Below, piece after piece: positions 1 through 14,631 of a stretch of 64,000 bases of DNA. The position numbers and the translations under genes were made by a program. The stretch spans positions 50,654,001-50,718,000 of the forward strand of contig OZ024750.1 of the NCBI GenBank assembly GCA_964016885.1, in the 5' to 3' direction. The stretch's first letter is position 1. Each line of letters begins with the position of its first letter. The stretch is from Eledone cirrhosa (lineage: Eukaryota). Under the pieces are notes generated by a model that was not told the origin of the DNA, did no database searches, and was given only the letters and a program-made list of their open reading frames with translations.

Positions 1-1368
1 TTTCGTTTAGCTTATGGAAGGGTTTGTAGGTGTGTGTGCGAAGGTCTAAATTAATGTCTAAGAAATCTACGCTAGAGAGGTTGGTAGCTACTGTTATCCT
101 AAGTCCTAACACATTGAAGGTAGAAGATAAGTCTTTTTAATACCGCTCGAAGTTGTGACCACATTTATGGCTCGATAAGGTCAGTCCATCCACGCGGTAT
201 ATTCCTATGTGGAAGTCCGGGAATCTAACACGTAATATGTCTAAAATAAATAGGCCAACCAAGTCGCATACGTCCGTTCTGACAAACGATCCCATGAAGA
301 CGTCGAATAGGTCTGAAGTTGTTGACTTCTTTGGCCAGACAACTCCGTTGTTGAAGAGGGGGGATGTCCGGCAGGTAGCGATGATTTCCCTGTCTAAACC
401 ATCGACGACAGTGTAAGTGGTTGCAAAGTCCAACGCTTTGTTTAACAGGGTCGCTGAGATCGAGGGGTAAAAATCAACAATGTCAAACTGTGTGAACTTT
501 GGATTTGAAGGAGTTAAATCACTTGATTAGGGAGTCGCTGTTCTCCCACTGGGACAGGTTGGACTTGGTCCTAATGGTCTTAACTATGTTTCCAAATATG
601 CCCTTACTGACTAGTCCCATATCTGTGCGTGCCGGCTTTATTAGTCTACATGTGGGGTTAGATGGAAATCTACCTTGTGATCTTTCAGGGTGATGAACGC
701 CTCCCGCTTAGCTAGAGATTGTAGCTTCTTATCTACCTTAAGGTCGGCGCCAAGTTCTTTAGCTTCTGTATTAATGTTTTGGTAGGCCACAGGTTTAGCT
801 TTCTTATATCTGGAAGTAATAGCGTTATGGGCCAGGTGGCGGAAAGTGGTGTTGTCGACTTCGTAAATATTATTAGTTTTGTCGGAAAGAACGAAGGTGT
901 TATTAGAAGACCTAAATTTCTTAATATCATTTCTAAGTTTAGTTTGAAAGGTTTTAGGGTGTTTGCGAAAAGAAATGTTAGCGACTAAGTCAAGATGGTC
1001 CGCCTCGAAAGGAGCAAGTTCAGTTACCTTAGGAGGGTAGGCTCTCAATTTCAGGTGGAAGGTATTATGGGTGTCTGTAATTTTGCCGTCAAATGATAGG
1101 GTTTGCCATTTTAAGCGTCTGACGACATCTTCCGCTTTTTATAGGAGAATCTTTTGGTAAACATGGTTGGATGGAGTGGGAATGTTCTTCAGGGAGTAAT
1201 CCAGTTCGTATAAATCCATACTGACGTTGATGAGAGACAAAATTGTGTAGGACACGAGGATATAGAGAACGCTCACAGGATAGGAAGCCAAACTGAATTA
1301 CAACATCCTAATTTTCTTATCAACTTGAAACTTTCGGACTTTCGCAGTTATCACCCTTACACCTCTCG
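1..1368 (-). mobile_element. Penelope-like element family P1, 5' half (N-terminus and RT, disrupted), runs off window start
   Basis: Reverse complement closely matches ~54360-55730. ATG at 1219. RT motifs FDIVDFYPSIS, DLFDVFMGSF..DVCDLVG and GIYRVDGL (YRDD mutated); frameshifts present. Confidence 0.92.
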
Positions 1369-1766
1369 ACAAACCTACATTTGGCGCAAAATCAATTTTT
1401 AACATTCACGTGACCTCAACCGACCAATCAAAATTGTTTTGACTACAAGAATTTTTGCAACACGAATTGGCGCGAAACTTATAGTACTCATTCACGTGAC
1501 ATTCAACAACCAACTAAATCTTAATACCTCTGGAGCCACTTTTTTCACATAAAATAGGTAGAATTTCCAAAACTGATCAGATTAGACAAACATCACGAAC
1601 GCTCTATCTCAAAATTATTTTTGAAAAGCATTAGAAATGCGCAACCGGTAAAAACTTAAAACTAAAACTGAATACTAACCAATACTTATTACTAATTTTT
1701 ACTTATTCCTAATTAAACTATTTTTCACTGGGAAAAATGTGTCAGCATTTTCTTTTCCTTTTACTA
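1365..1766 (+). mobile_element. PLE pseudo-LTR family P7 copy ending at (TA)n, with decayed hammerhead at 1617-1654
   Basis: Matches 52218-52623. TTGAAAA-gcat/atgc-GCAACCGGTA (GAAACCGGTA in the other copy). Confidence 0.7.
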
Positions 1767-1838
1767 ATATATATATACTTATGTAATAAACAACATAAGA
1801 TAATTATTTCATTTACTGGACCTTTCCGACGGAATTAC

Positions 1839-1899
<61 letters not shown>

Positions 1900-1903
<4 letters not shown>

Positions 1904-2086
1904 GTTTCTACTTTAGGCACATGGCCAGCAACTACCCAGTGAATTACTGGTACTTTATTTTATCGACCCCGTAACGATGAAAGGCAAAGTCAACCTCGGC
2001 GGGATTTGAACTCAGATCGTAAAGGGACGTAACTATGCTCTGGACAGCATGGAATCCGACCCTCTACCGTTACTGCCAATCCACCG
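1900..2086 (-). mobile_element. tRNA-derived SINE (family S1, Meta/MESC-like central domain)
   Basis: Minus strand has A-box-like TGGCAGTAACGG, B box GAGTTCAAATCC and core GCCTTTCATC..GGGGTCGATAAAATAAAGTACCAG; about 12 young copies in the window. Confidence 0.9.
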
Positions 2087-2100
2087 TTATATATATATAT

Positions 2101-2236
2101 AATTGTTTCTCCGTTAGGCACAAGGCCAGCAATTACCCAGTGTATTACTGGTACTTTATTTTATCGACCCCGTATGGATGAAAGGCAAAGTTACCCTCGG
2201 CGGGATTTGAACTCAGAATGGCAAGGGCCGTAACTC
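2101..2236 (-). mobile_element. SINE S1, 5'-truncated
   Basis: Matches the S1 3' two thirds, adjacent to the previous copy. Confidence 0.88.
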
Positions 2237-3266
2237 TATAATGAATGAGAATGAGTAACCGACAAAAAAATAAAACAAAATAGAATTAAAACAAATGAAT
2301 ATTTTAGTTTGATGCTCGGGAAGAGTGGAACTAATTATCAGTTATGTTTTGGGGATGGTACTTTTATAGAATATAATTAAAAAAATGGATGAAATCGTGA
2401 GAAAGATGTGTAAGGATTATGGAGTAAAGGGTTTAAACATCAAACTAGCAGGGCGTGGTGGTGCGGTCAAATCCTTTCTTCACAGAGATTGTTCATCACA
2501 TAAAATACTGGAAATATTTTGAGGTGACTAAATATTAGAGATCGATTTCCTCTCTCATAATTTGAGAATCCTGAAATGTTATGCTGTTAGGAAGACTATT
2601 AAAGATTCCATAAACTTCTTCATTTAAAAGAAAACAAGTACAATCAAGATAAAATGTCATGACCCAGACAAATATTTCTAATGGAAAATTTACGTCGGCT
2701 TCAATAGTTACGCCAATGTCCTTCGCCATAATTATCACGCTATAATTTCATTGTCAACACATTTGAGGGAATATTCCGAAGAAATGTTTTAGAGAAATAC
2801 GACTAAAAGGATTTATTACATGGAATACATTTAAAAATACGACTAAAATAAATTAAAAAATTTGCTATGCGTTCTAGCACAGATTCTCTGTAAACAATTA
2901 CCATTCATTGCATTTGGATTCCAGCCACTATCATGTCTTCCCTTCGCCGGCCACTTCTCTCGACATACCACTCTTAACGAAATTCTAAAAACTGGCTTTC
3001 CATCAGGAACCGGCTTTACCAAGCAGACGACATAATGCTAGAGGGCATCACAATGTTATCGATCCGAAGTGATTAGACTCTTATCTTGGTCAGAACCTAC
3101 AACGAAACTTTCTCTAGCAGTAAAAAGTAAAGTAAAGATCACCTTCAGTCACAAACGACCATGGGATTTGCACCTACAAAGTTCCCCTCCCCGGAGGAAC
3201 GGTTGTTTGTGGAAGATCAGCAGTCACCCATGCATACCAATCTCTACTCTCCACGCCACCGGTGCT

Positions 3267-3555
3267 GTCCAAGGGATGGACAATGGCCGATACAACTTGG
3301 CACCAGTGACGTCACAACTCATATATATTATATATACACTATGTACAGTATATATATATACACTATGTATGATGTCCAAGGTATGGACAATGGTCGATAC
3401 AGCTTGGCACCAGTGACGTCGCAGCTCATTTCTACAGCTGAGTCAACTGGTGCAACGTGAAATAAAGTGCCTTCCTCAAAAACACAACGCAAAGCTTGGT
3501 CCGAGAATCGTGTCACAACCTACATTTGTAAGTCCTCCGCCCTAACCACTAATTC
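3267..3555 (-). mobile_element. Decayed CORE-type tRNA SINE with internal ~56 bp duplication (3267-3322 / 3374-3429)
   Basis: gcaacgtgaaataaagtg is shared with 40076 and nearly with 50445; the duplicated segment flanks a TA-rich spacer. Confidence 0.6.
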
Positions 3556-5249
3556 ATGCACCCTAACTTAGTGTAAACAACATGAAAACTATGCCGTATC
3601 ATTAGATAAGCTTTGTATTCTAAGTACTGGCTCCTCTCCGATAGTTGTTTTGTAGAATACAATACGATAAAAAGATATAGCCTCCTAGGTCTTTCGACAA
3701 ACTCATTACTAACTTCGATCCATATGCACATGAGATTGGCGCTTTCAGTGCATCTCCCTCACCGTTTTTCGGGATAACGCATTCACCTTTCTGTCTGCCA
3801 GGACCATGAAGTAATCAACACAAACCGTATTCTAATTGTCATCCCTTTGATTAATTCTAAGAAGAAAATCATTTTGAAAACTCTGTAAACAAAGATGAGT
3901 TTATTTCTTACAATATCTTAAATTCACAACTGAATTGAAATTTCACATTTAACTAAATAGTTATTTATTTGAGATTCTAATATAGATTTGTCAGAGATCA
4001 TGGTCTACATTGAAACTATTTGCAACTGGTAGTGTTTTGACGTAGAATGTTTCCCCAATCTTCTTGTTGAACTGTTTTTTTTTTTTTTTTTTTTTTGTTT
4101 TTTAATGACAATAAAACTAATATTCCTCTAAACTAAGAAGGACTTTTACATTAGTTTTCCACGTCAGCTATCCAATTCTCAAGCCTAATTAGTCAAACTA
4201 ACAATTACCCTCTTTAAATGGTCAACATTATTTCGCGGCTCATAAAATAAGTTTTGAACTATTAAAATATCACACCTGCATTTCGTATACATTTAATTTT
4301 TAGGATTTTAAATGCATGAAATCTGAATTTATGCCAGTTGTGGAAGAATCGCATGAATTTGCTTTTGGAATAGTCTCACTCAGAATTTTTTTTAAATAAT
4401 GCAAAATAAAATTAGATTAATATAATTCCAGAAGCAATGTTGATTAATTTTTAATTAGGAAGAAATAGCAATTCATTTTAAATTATTATCTAAACACTCG
4501 ATATAATAATTGATTTGATTTTAATTTATATTTAACACTAACACATGAACGATCGTGTTGTCCACTCTTGTAATTAGACATGCGTACATTCGAATTGTAT
4601 TTGGTTTCCATTTATTGAACGATATTGTGTTGTACGTAAGGATTATGGCAAAATGTGTTCACTTTAGATTTTAGTAATATTTTTGGCCGCATATTTTATT
4701 TTATTTTACTTTGTTTTGTTTTGTTTTATTTTCTTCCACCAAGCAGTGACTGACGGACATAAAAGGCCTGGGTAGTTTTTCTGCTTCATTGTGCTCTGAG
4801 TTGAAATCCCACAGGAGTCAACTTTGCCTTTCATCCTTTCAAAATTGAGACATAAGTTACAATTCTAGAACTGTGTTCCAGCCTACCTATAACTGTTTAA
4901 CTCTCTCTCTCACATTTCTTTTTTTCCTGACTGAAACCGTCTGTGTTCCGACCTGAAGTGTATTGGACTCAGATATGTCCAAGACACATTGTGTATTAGG
5001 TCGGCAACAGTACGATATTAGAGTTAAGGGCAATTTACCTTTCTTGGGAAAGACTTCATTGAATAACACCGAATTTTCTTTATGAATTTCTTCTCGAAAT
5101 GTAACTGAAGTTGAACTAGTAACGTCTCAGAAACAACATGATTTACACTTTCGACAAAATTTCTCAAGAATTTCCTCTAAATTTCAAAAATTGTCAAGAT
5201 ATGTTAATGATCTTATCTTTTTGGGGACTTCGCTAGACTAGTAATGTTT

Positions 5250-5285
<36 letters not shown>

Positions 5286-5300
5286 ACACACACACCCACA

Positions 5301-6853
<1,553 letters not shown>

Positions 6854-7022
6854 TTTAGCAAATAATGAAAAAGTTTCAAAATAAATTTTAAAAAATTGAC
6901 TTTACCTACTATAGTTACCTTTAGCGATCGGTTTCGAATCCCAAAAATAAACGGAGACCATACGGCCTTCGTTGCAGTTCGTAATTTAAATTCAGGAATT
7001 TTATATTCTTCGAATGAAAAGA

Positions 7023-7105
7023 ACCTTCTGACGAGAATCTTTCTTTGCAACGAAGGCCGTATGGTCTCCGTTTATTTTTGGGATTCGAAACCGATCCGTA
7101 AAGGT
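7023..7105 (+). ncRNA. Hammerhead ribozyme motif (P3 copy 1)
   Basis: acctt-CTGACGA-gaatct...ggattc-GAAACCGATCCGTA-aaggt. Confidence 0.8.
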
Positions 7106-7502
7106 AACTATAGTAGGTAAAGTCAATTTTTTAAAATTTATTTTGAAACTGTTTCATTATTTGCTAAACCTTGTTTATATTTGTTCTGGCTCGTTAATTT
7201 ATTAACCTGCCATTGAACCACACTGGCATTTGGTTGGACAATACATGCGTACCTTAGCGCCTTGTGCGTGAAGGAACACATATCCTATTATTACTTCTCC
7301 TCTAAGTTGAGAACAAATTTGGTCGCTCCGACTGCTGCTAGTGATAGCTGCGGCTGGTTTGACCTACCTCCTTCTGCCTCTATCTTTACTTCGGCCCTTG
7401 ATAAACCTGTTTCTACATCATCCACTCTCATCCCAGGAACAGTTTTGATAGCGCTAGTTCGTAATTTAAATTCAGGAATTTTATATTCTTCGAATGAAAA
7501 GA

Positions 7503-7585
7503 ACCTTCTGACGAGAATCTTTCTTTGCAACGAAGGCCGTATGGTCTCCGTTTATTTTTGGGATTCGAAACCGATCGGTAAAGGT
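7503..7585 (+). ncRNA. Hammerhead ribozyme motif (P3 copy 2), intact core
   Basis: Stem I acctt/aaggt, CTGACGA, stem II gaatct/ggattc, GAAA, palindromic stem III ACCGATCGGT, GUA triplet. Confidence 0.88.
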
Positions 7586-7789
7586 AACTATAGTAGGTAA
7601 AGTCAATTTTTTAAAATTTATTTTGAAACTTTTTCATTATTTGCTAAACCTTGTTTATATTTGTTCTGGCTCGTTAATTTATTAACCTGCCATTGAACCA
7701 CACTGGCATTTGGTTGGACAATACATGCGTACCTTAGCGCCTTGTGCGTGAAGGAACACATATCCTATTATATATATATATATATATAT

Positions 7790-8215
7790 TATTTTGAATG
7801 TTGAGAAGTGGCACAGGAGTTGATATATATAATAGTAAAGGAGAACTAGCTCGTTCTATGTTCTTGGTGTTGACCTCGAGGTCAACTTCAAGAATATAGA
7901 ACGAGTTAGAGTTTCTCTGCTACTTTCACTACAACTGCTGCAATTATAGTCAATACCACCGAAAAGGAGAGAAAGAGAGAAAGCGATAAACAAAAATGCG
8001 AACTCTCCTGTATATATGTATGTAAACCATGTTATGTTATACCATATTCTTATTAATATATAACTTAACTCCTTTATATATGTTATTATACACTTATGTA
8101 GCATGAAGACGTGGCTGAAACCGGTACGATAAAACCTTTTTTGTAAACAAATGTTTTGCTGTTATTCTATGAGAAAATCCCATTAGCATTTTCTACTGTT
8201 TTTTTTTTTTACTAC
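7790..8215 (+). mobile_element. Decayed PLE 3' end related to P7
   Basis: ATGAAGA..GAAACCGGTA at ~8103-8127; terminal agcatttt..tttacta+(TA)n resembles 1745-1766 and the minus strand of 59960-59985. Confidence 0.4.
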
Positions 8216-8331
8216 TATATATATATATGTATGTATACATACATATGTACACACACTCTCACACACAAACACACACAAACACATACACACACACGCGCGC
8301 TCACACACGCACACACACACATATACATATA

Positions 8332-8520
8332 TGCTCTGAAGGAGCCTATTTACTGGGACGAAACACTGTCAGCGAATAAAGATTTTTAATGTATTAAGGG
8401 CTTCTTTGTTGATTTATATAATTTTTTCGGCTCTGTTTGATAACATTGAGCTATCTCTTGTACTGTCATTTCTCTAATGCGACGAGTGTGTTTGACTGTA
8501 ATGCACTCAAGTGTTTTTAT

Positions 8521-8523
<3 letters not shown>
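8332..8523 (+). mobile_element. PLE pseudo-LTR remnant with decayed minimal hammerhead (8333-8373) and tail hairpin (8429-8452)
   Basis: gct-CTGAAGGA..GAAACACTGTC-agc; GGCTC-TGTT-tgat-AACA-TT-GAGCT; lies between microsatellites. Confidence 0.6.
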
Positions 8524-8581
<58 letters not shown>

Positions 8582-9316
8582 CGTTCTACCTCATTAAATT
8601 TAATCCAACAATCCGAATTAATATTTTAATGAAAAAGTGATAAAAATTAGTGATCTTTGATTTCTATGCCTTTCAGAAAAAAGATCGATTTTTCACAGAA
8701 ACGACTTTAAGAGACCATTAGATTGGAATTTTATCGAATTTTATCGAATGTTATATTCTTCCTAATTTTATAACGCCGATGGTTCGCATTTTCACTTTAA
8801 AGATAATTTTCTCACTATTTTTCGAAATTTTCTATTTATTGACGTATACCCTTCATGCTAACAAAAGCCTGAAGTGCTAATGTAAGACTATCATAATATA
8901 TCATCCTTTTTCAAGTTGATCGAGGACATTAAACCATAGAAATTCGATTTAATTACTCTTTGTATTTGTATATAAAGTACAAAACTATTATTTCATTGAT
9001 TTATCAATTTTTATTTCCCGTTTTCGCAATCGAACAAAGCTTTTCTAAAATATATATTGTACCACTGACACCTTACTCAACCATAACGAGTTAAATAAAT
9101 TTAATTATACTTCATTATTTAACTGCGAGCGTAACATTTGATTCATTCCCCCCGACACAGATCATACAATATTCAAACTAATATAGAAATATTTGAAGAT
9201 GGAACACATACAGCATATATAGTGAGTAACATACGACAGAAGGGTTATACACACATTTGAAATATGACTAATACTAAAAACGCATTATGACTGATATATA
9301 TATATATATACACACG

Positions 9317-9375
<59 letters not shown>

Positions 9376-9382
9376 AAACATA

Positions 9383-9454
<72 letters not shown>

Positions 9455-9513
9455 TACACACGCGCGCACACGCACTCTCACACACACACACATATATATA
9501 TAAATATGTATAT

Positions 9514-9695
9514 AAGTTATTACGGGTTGAATCGGAGGTAACCACAGTAAGTAAGGTACTCAATACATTGCCGAGTATAATTGTTTTAATATACATGAGC
9601 TTCTACAAGACTAGAATTGTTTCATTCGTGTGAAATCACCAGGAAATGATTTCTCACGAATGAAACAGTTCTAGTCCTGTAGAAGCTCTTCTATA

Positions 9696-9699
<4 letters not shown>
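9514..9699 (-). mobile_element. Palindromic two-armed PLE remnant (tail 9514-9585 plus inverted arms)
   Basis: 9586-9638 is the inverted copy of 9647-9699; contains a hammerhead-like 3' half GAAACAGTTCTA; tail hairpin at 9557-9577. Confidence 0.65.
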
Positions 9700-9784
<85 letters not shown>

Positions 9785-9801
9785 CTGTGTGTGTGTGTGT
9801 A

Positions 9802-9841
<40 letters not shown>

Positions 9842-10039
9842 TGTGTGTGTTAGGAAGTCTTGTATGTGTTTGAATATAGGTATTTCAAATATGAATCGCA
9901 TTAAGTCCATGTATATACGCGTCACTCTCTCTCGCTTCCGCTTATCTATCTATCTATGTATCTAGCAATCTATATATTGTTCATTTATTTCCGTGTGGGC
10001 AGCTGTAGTTGTACACATATATCCATGTTTGATTTGTGT

Positions 10040-10686
10040 AGATCCCGTGTATTTATCTATCTCGCATCGTATAGACGCTTGCAACATCGGCTCCTACCTT
10101 TTTGACTTTTTTACCTATTAACAGTAAGTGTTTGTCTGTTATTGTGTTGTCTTCGTGCCTTTTAACCTCCCGGCTGGGTCTGTAGAAGGGTGGTCATCGT
10201 ATTTTTACCCCTTTTGAGGTCTAAACTACTCCTAAAAAGTTTTTGTTGACTCGCATGTCAAAAATGGACGCCATATCTGTATTACATTTGAACGAAAATG
10301 CCAAGCGCACTAAGGAAGAGGAGAGAAAGAAGCAAGCGGTACAAAGCGCTTTGCCCAAACTCAACTTTTTAACTTTTTGTGCAACCCTTTTCCTAAGGAG
10401 CACAGAGAGCTCCTTTGCACTTCCACCTTTCCACCTACAGGCTGATAAAGAGAGAAGACCCATTCACACGGACCATTCTCGCTACTTTCACCCACCTTTC
10501 ATAAACCTTGCTGGGGTAGAGCACCTCTCTCTCCATTCTGATCCTTCTCTTAAAATGCCACCTCCCTATTGAGGACTGTATTGTTAATTTTATATTTGTT
10601 AATTGTTTTTAACTCGTTCTTTTATGTAAACTCCCCCCTTGTATTTGTCCCCTTCTTTTGTGCCCTCGTGGCAAATAAATAAAAAC
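10040..10686 (+). mobile_element. Possible LINE 3' end
   Basis: Unique GC-richer segment ending in a T-rich UTR and gccctcgtggcAAATAAATAAAAA before (TC)n; no diagnostic protein motif seen. Confidence 0.3.
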
Positions 10687-10701
10687 TTATCTATATATCT
10701 A

Positions 10702-10762
<61 letters not shown>

Positions 10763-10964
10763 CCCCTCTCTCTACTTCTCTTTGTGTGTGTATATATATG
10801 TAGCGAGCTGTAGTTATACATATATATCTATATTTGAATTGGTGTGTAGTTTCCAAGTAAGGCAAATTTAGATTTCAAACCAATGTTTCAATTACGAGAA
10901 GAAAGTTCCTCTTCAGGAAGGCAGATTGTCTGCCAGGACACTACTACAAGGCCTCTTAACATTA

Positions 10965-11381
10965 TAGAGAAAAGAGAGTAGTGTGGAAACATGCTGGTTA
11001 ATTCCTCTCTAAATCAAAAACATAAACTCACATTTTTACCTCCCTTTCTTCTGTTCTTGTTTCCTTAAATTCTACCACCATTCCGTTGGTATGCATCTAT
11101 TACGCAATTTACACCTGATGAGGTCACCGGGTTCTTACGCAACCCGGTCACTAAAATGTGTATAGTGTTTTGCAAAAATAATACATTAAGGAAATTCAAC
11201 ATTTGGGAGGGATTACTGTCATTTCACTTTATAATACATTTACTCCGTTGCCGCACAACCAACATGATTCAACACCGAAGATGGATGAGTTGCATAACGT
11301 CGAGTGCTTTTCTCGTATTACGTCATGATTAACATTGCAGAATGACCAATTCTAACCATTTGAAAACCACCAAATTTACGC

Positions 11382-11382
<1 letters not shown>
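10965..11382 (+). mobile_element. PLE pseudo-LTR remnant with mutated hammerhead (11111-11168) and tail hairpin (11241-11306)
   Basis: acac-CTGATGA-ggtcaccgggtt/aacccggtcact-AAAA(for GAAA)-TGTGTATA-gtgt; ends in (TA)n. Confidence 0.65.
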
Positions 11383-11431
<49 letters not shown>

Positions 11432-11654
11432 GTGTCTGTATGTGGGGGGAGTATGTGTGTGCGTGCGCGCGTGTGTGTGTGTGTGCGCGCGTGTTTGTGT
11501 GTGTGTTGTTTGGTGGCCTTGTGTGTGTGTGTTTGAGTGTGTGTTGTTAAGCAGCCTTGTAGTAGTGTCCTGGTAGACAAACACTGATGCCCGCTGCATA
11601 TATATATACACAAATTGCATTAAATACTGAGATTAATAGAGAGAGAGAGAGGGG

Positions 11655-12272
11655 GGGAGGTAGGTGGGTAGGTAGGTAGGTGGGTAGGTAGGTTGGTAGG
11701 TGGGTAGATAGATAGGTAGTTAGGCAGGTTGGTGTGTAGGCAGATGGGTGGGTGGGCAGGTGTGTAGGTAGGGAGGTAGGTAGATAGGCAGGTATGTGGG
11801 GAGGTAGATAGATAGATAGGTAGGTAGGTAGGTAGGTAGGGAGGTAGGTAGATAGGTAGGCAGGTAGGTGGGGAGGTAGATAGGTATGTAGTTAGGTAGG
11901 TGGGTAGGCAGGTGGGTAGGTAGGCAGATAGGTAGGTATTATGTGGGTAGGTGGGTAGGTAGATAGGTAGGTAGGTACGCAGGTTGGTAGGTAGGTAGGT
12001 AGGTAGGTAGGTAGGCAGGTAGGTAGGTAGGTAGGTAGGTAGGTAGGTGGGTATGTAGGTAGGTAGGTGGGTTTGTAGGTAGGTAGGTCGGTAGGTAGGT
12101 AGGTAGGTAGGTAGGTAGGTAGGTAGGTAGGTAGGTAGGTAGGTAGGTAGGTAGGTAGGTAGGTGGGTATGTAGGTAGGTAGGTGGGTTTGTAGGTAGGT
12201 AGGTAGGTAGGTAGGTAGGTAGGTAGGTAGGTAGGTAGGTAGGTAGGTAGGGAGGTAGGTAGGTAGGTAGGG
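11655..12272 (+). repeat. (TAGG)n tetranucleotide microsatellite
   Basis: About 620 bp of pure and degenerate TAGG; source of the LPTY ORFs. Confidence 0.97.
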
Positions 12273-12330
12273 AGAATGAGAGAGAGAAGATGAAAGAGAG
12301 TGACAGAACGATGCATATACAAATGTATTC

Positions 12331-13025
12331 CACCTACCTGGAATGCATCATCACATTGGATGCCAAGATTGACCGGGAAACCAGCAACATCCTGGTAAAT
12401 GTGAGCAGTGCATTTAGTACTCTATACGAACGTGTGTGGAACAATTAACACCTGAAGAAGCCTACCAAGATCAGAGTGTACAGAGTCATAGTCCTTATCA
12501 CCCTCCTATATGTCTTACAGTCAAAGGTCACTTATCACCACCACCTTCGACTCCACGTGCGCTACCTCCACATCTTCCTCAACATCCACTAGAGAGAATT
12601 TGTCACCAATGTTGAAGTCCTTGAACGAGCAGGGGTCACCAGCGCCGAGGCCATGCTGCTGAAGTCCCAACTACGCTGGGTAGGGAATGTCCCCAGGAGG
12701 AAGGATCATTGCCTGCCCAGAATGACGCCGTACCATGATCTCTCTCCTGGTCATTGTCTCAGGTCTGTATCAAGCAAGCGATACAAGGAAGGTTTGAAAA
12801 CATTCGCTAGGTGCCTGTCACATCAACCATTACCAGTGGTCCACCCTGGCTGAGAAACATGACGCCAAGCGTTTCAAAATAAACCAGCCTGTCTCCTCCT
12901 TTGAAACACCTGCAGAGCCACCCTCATGGACAGAAGTCACATGAAGAAGAACCACAACACCAAGTCACTAAAACCTATTCTTACCTTTAACTTGAGCCGC
13001 TGCAGCCGTGCTAGCCTGTCCCCAA
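12331..13025 (+). mobile_element. RTE-clade LINE fragment (RT C-terminal region), pseudogenised
   Basis: Translates [51 protein letters not shown] and MLLKSQLRWVGNVPRRKDHCLPR..KRYKEGLK, typical of RTE. Confidence 0.88.
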
Positions 13026-14440
13026 GCCAGGATTTCAGGCATGAACATTCCATTTTTGTTTTCAGAATTCATTTATCTAGGCCCTAGATAAATGTGACCT
13101 TAGATTCTAGGGTCACATTAATGATTTAACAAATCAAACCTTATGTAGTGATTCTCAGGCTATTCTTCAAATATCTCAACCTTGCTAATCAGGAAGGCGT
13201 CCGAGAAGGTCGTGACGATTGTCCTTAAATAATACAAAATACTTTATTTGTTAATATCTAATCGATTATTTTCACGTCAGAAACATCCAATTATGTAAAC
13301 ACAAATATCATTTTACATAAAATCACTTTTCTATACTTCCCTTCATAAAACTGTCCAAAGTTGCACTTTATCACTGTCAACCATTCTTATTCCTGTGACG
13401 ATCAAACTCAACCCATTATATAAACAACAATTACATTTGATTATATTATACGTACAATTTTGATTTATGTATCTTTTGTGACAAACTTAATATTCTACAT
13501 TACTTATTAAAATCTAATTTTGTTTTAATATATATTCATTTGTTCCATGTATCCATATGAGAGCATTCCTTAATCCGGTAAACTTCTTAAAGTAACAGAT
13601 GATACATATAGATCATAATATTCTAGAACTTTGAACATTAAAATGTTAGTACTGGTATTATAATTTTATGAACGGTTCTCTTAACGTCGTATACATTGTT
13701 AAGTCTTTGAAGAAAAACCATCATTTTTCATTACTTCCTTTTCAAAATAAAGGGAAATAAATCGCCGAGACAATAGATCAATTAATTTATGTTCTATACC
13801 GGAAATTATGTGTCTGTCTTGCTAATGTAACCTTTTGACCGTTGGAAATTATATAAATGATAACGAATTTCGCGATGGACTGCAACAGTTTCTTGAACAC
13901 GGCATTTTAGTTCATACTGTTTAATGTGGACTGATGAGAGGTGATGAGCTGATGAGAAGATAACACAACTATTTATCACACGTAGCATTCTCAGAGTATG
14001 TGGTTAAGCTATTATCGATCCGAATGTTAGAATCAACTTAGAATAAAATTAAAATTTAATGCGCTGCTCAGAGACAAGTTAAATCGTTGTTGAGAGAATA
14101 AATTTAAGACACTGATATCAGATTTTTAAGCCATACATAGTCATCTTATTTCCGCCAATATACAGGTTGTGTTTAGTAGCGACCTACCCCTTATCTCTGT
14201 TACACATGTATGAGAATATTTTACATATGACTGCTCTTCGATTATTTCATCGCAAAACTTGCTCTAGTTAGTCTTTTTGGTTAATATTTTCTTACTGTGG
14301 TCGCGGACCGTGGTAAGGTTTATGGCTCGAATCATGTTGGGAGACCACAATGGAAAATGAAAGACAGCCCAGCATGTGACTGGTTAAAAACACGAAGAGT
14401 AACGATAAATATTGTAAATATAGGTTCTAATTTTATAATT

Positions 14441-14631
14441 AATAATTGTTTCTACTTTTGGCACAAGGCCATCAATTATCCCAGTGCATTACTGGTACTT
14501 TATTTTATCGACCCCGTAAGGATGAAAGGCAAAGTCAACCTCGGCGGGATTTGAACTCAGATCGTAAAGGGACGTAACTATGCTGGAAAGCATGGTGTCT
14601 GACGCTCTACCGATACTGCCAATCCACCGCC
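14441..14631 (-). mobile_element. SINE S1 full length
   Basis: Matches S1 including the 5' GGGCGGTGGATTGGCAG. Confidence 0.9.

Noticed and set aside
11620-12333. 237 aa LPTY-repeat ORF
   Set aside because: Read-through of the (CCTA)n microsatellite.
13931-13960. CTGATGA motifs (also minus strand 22159-22165)
   Set aside because: No downstream GAAA with pairing stems, so not hammerheads.
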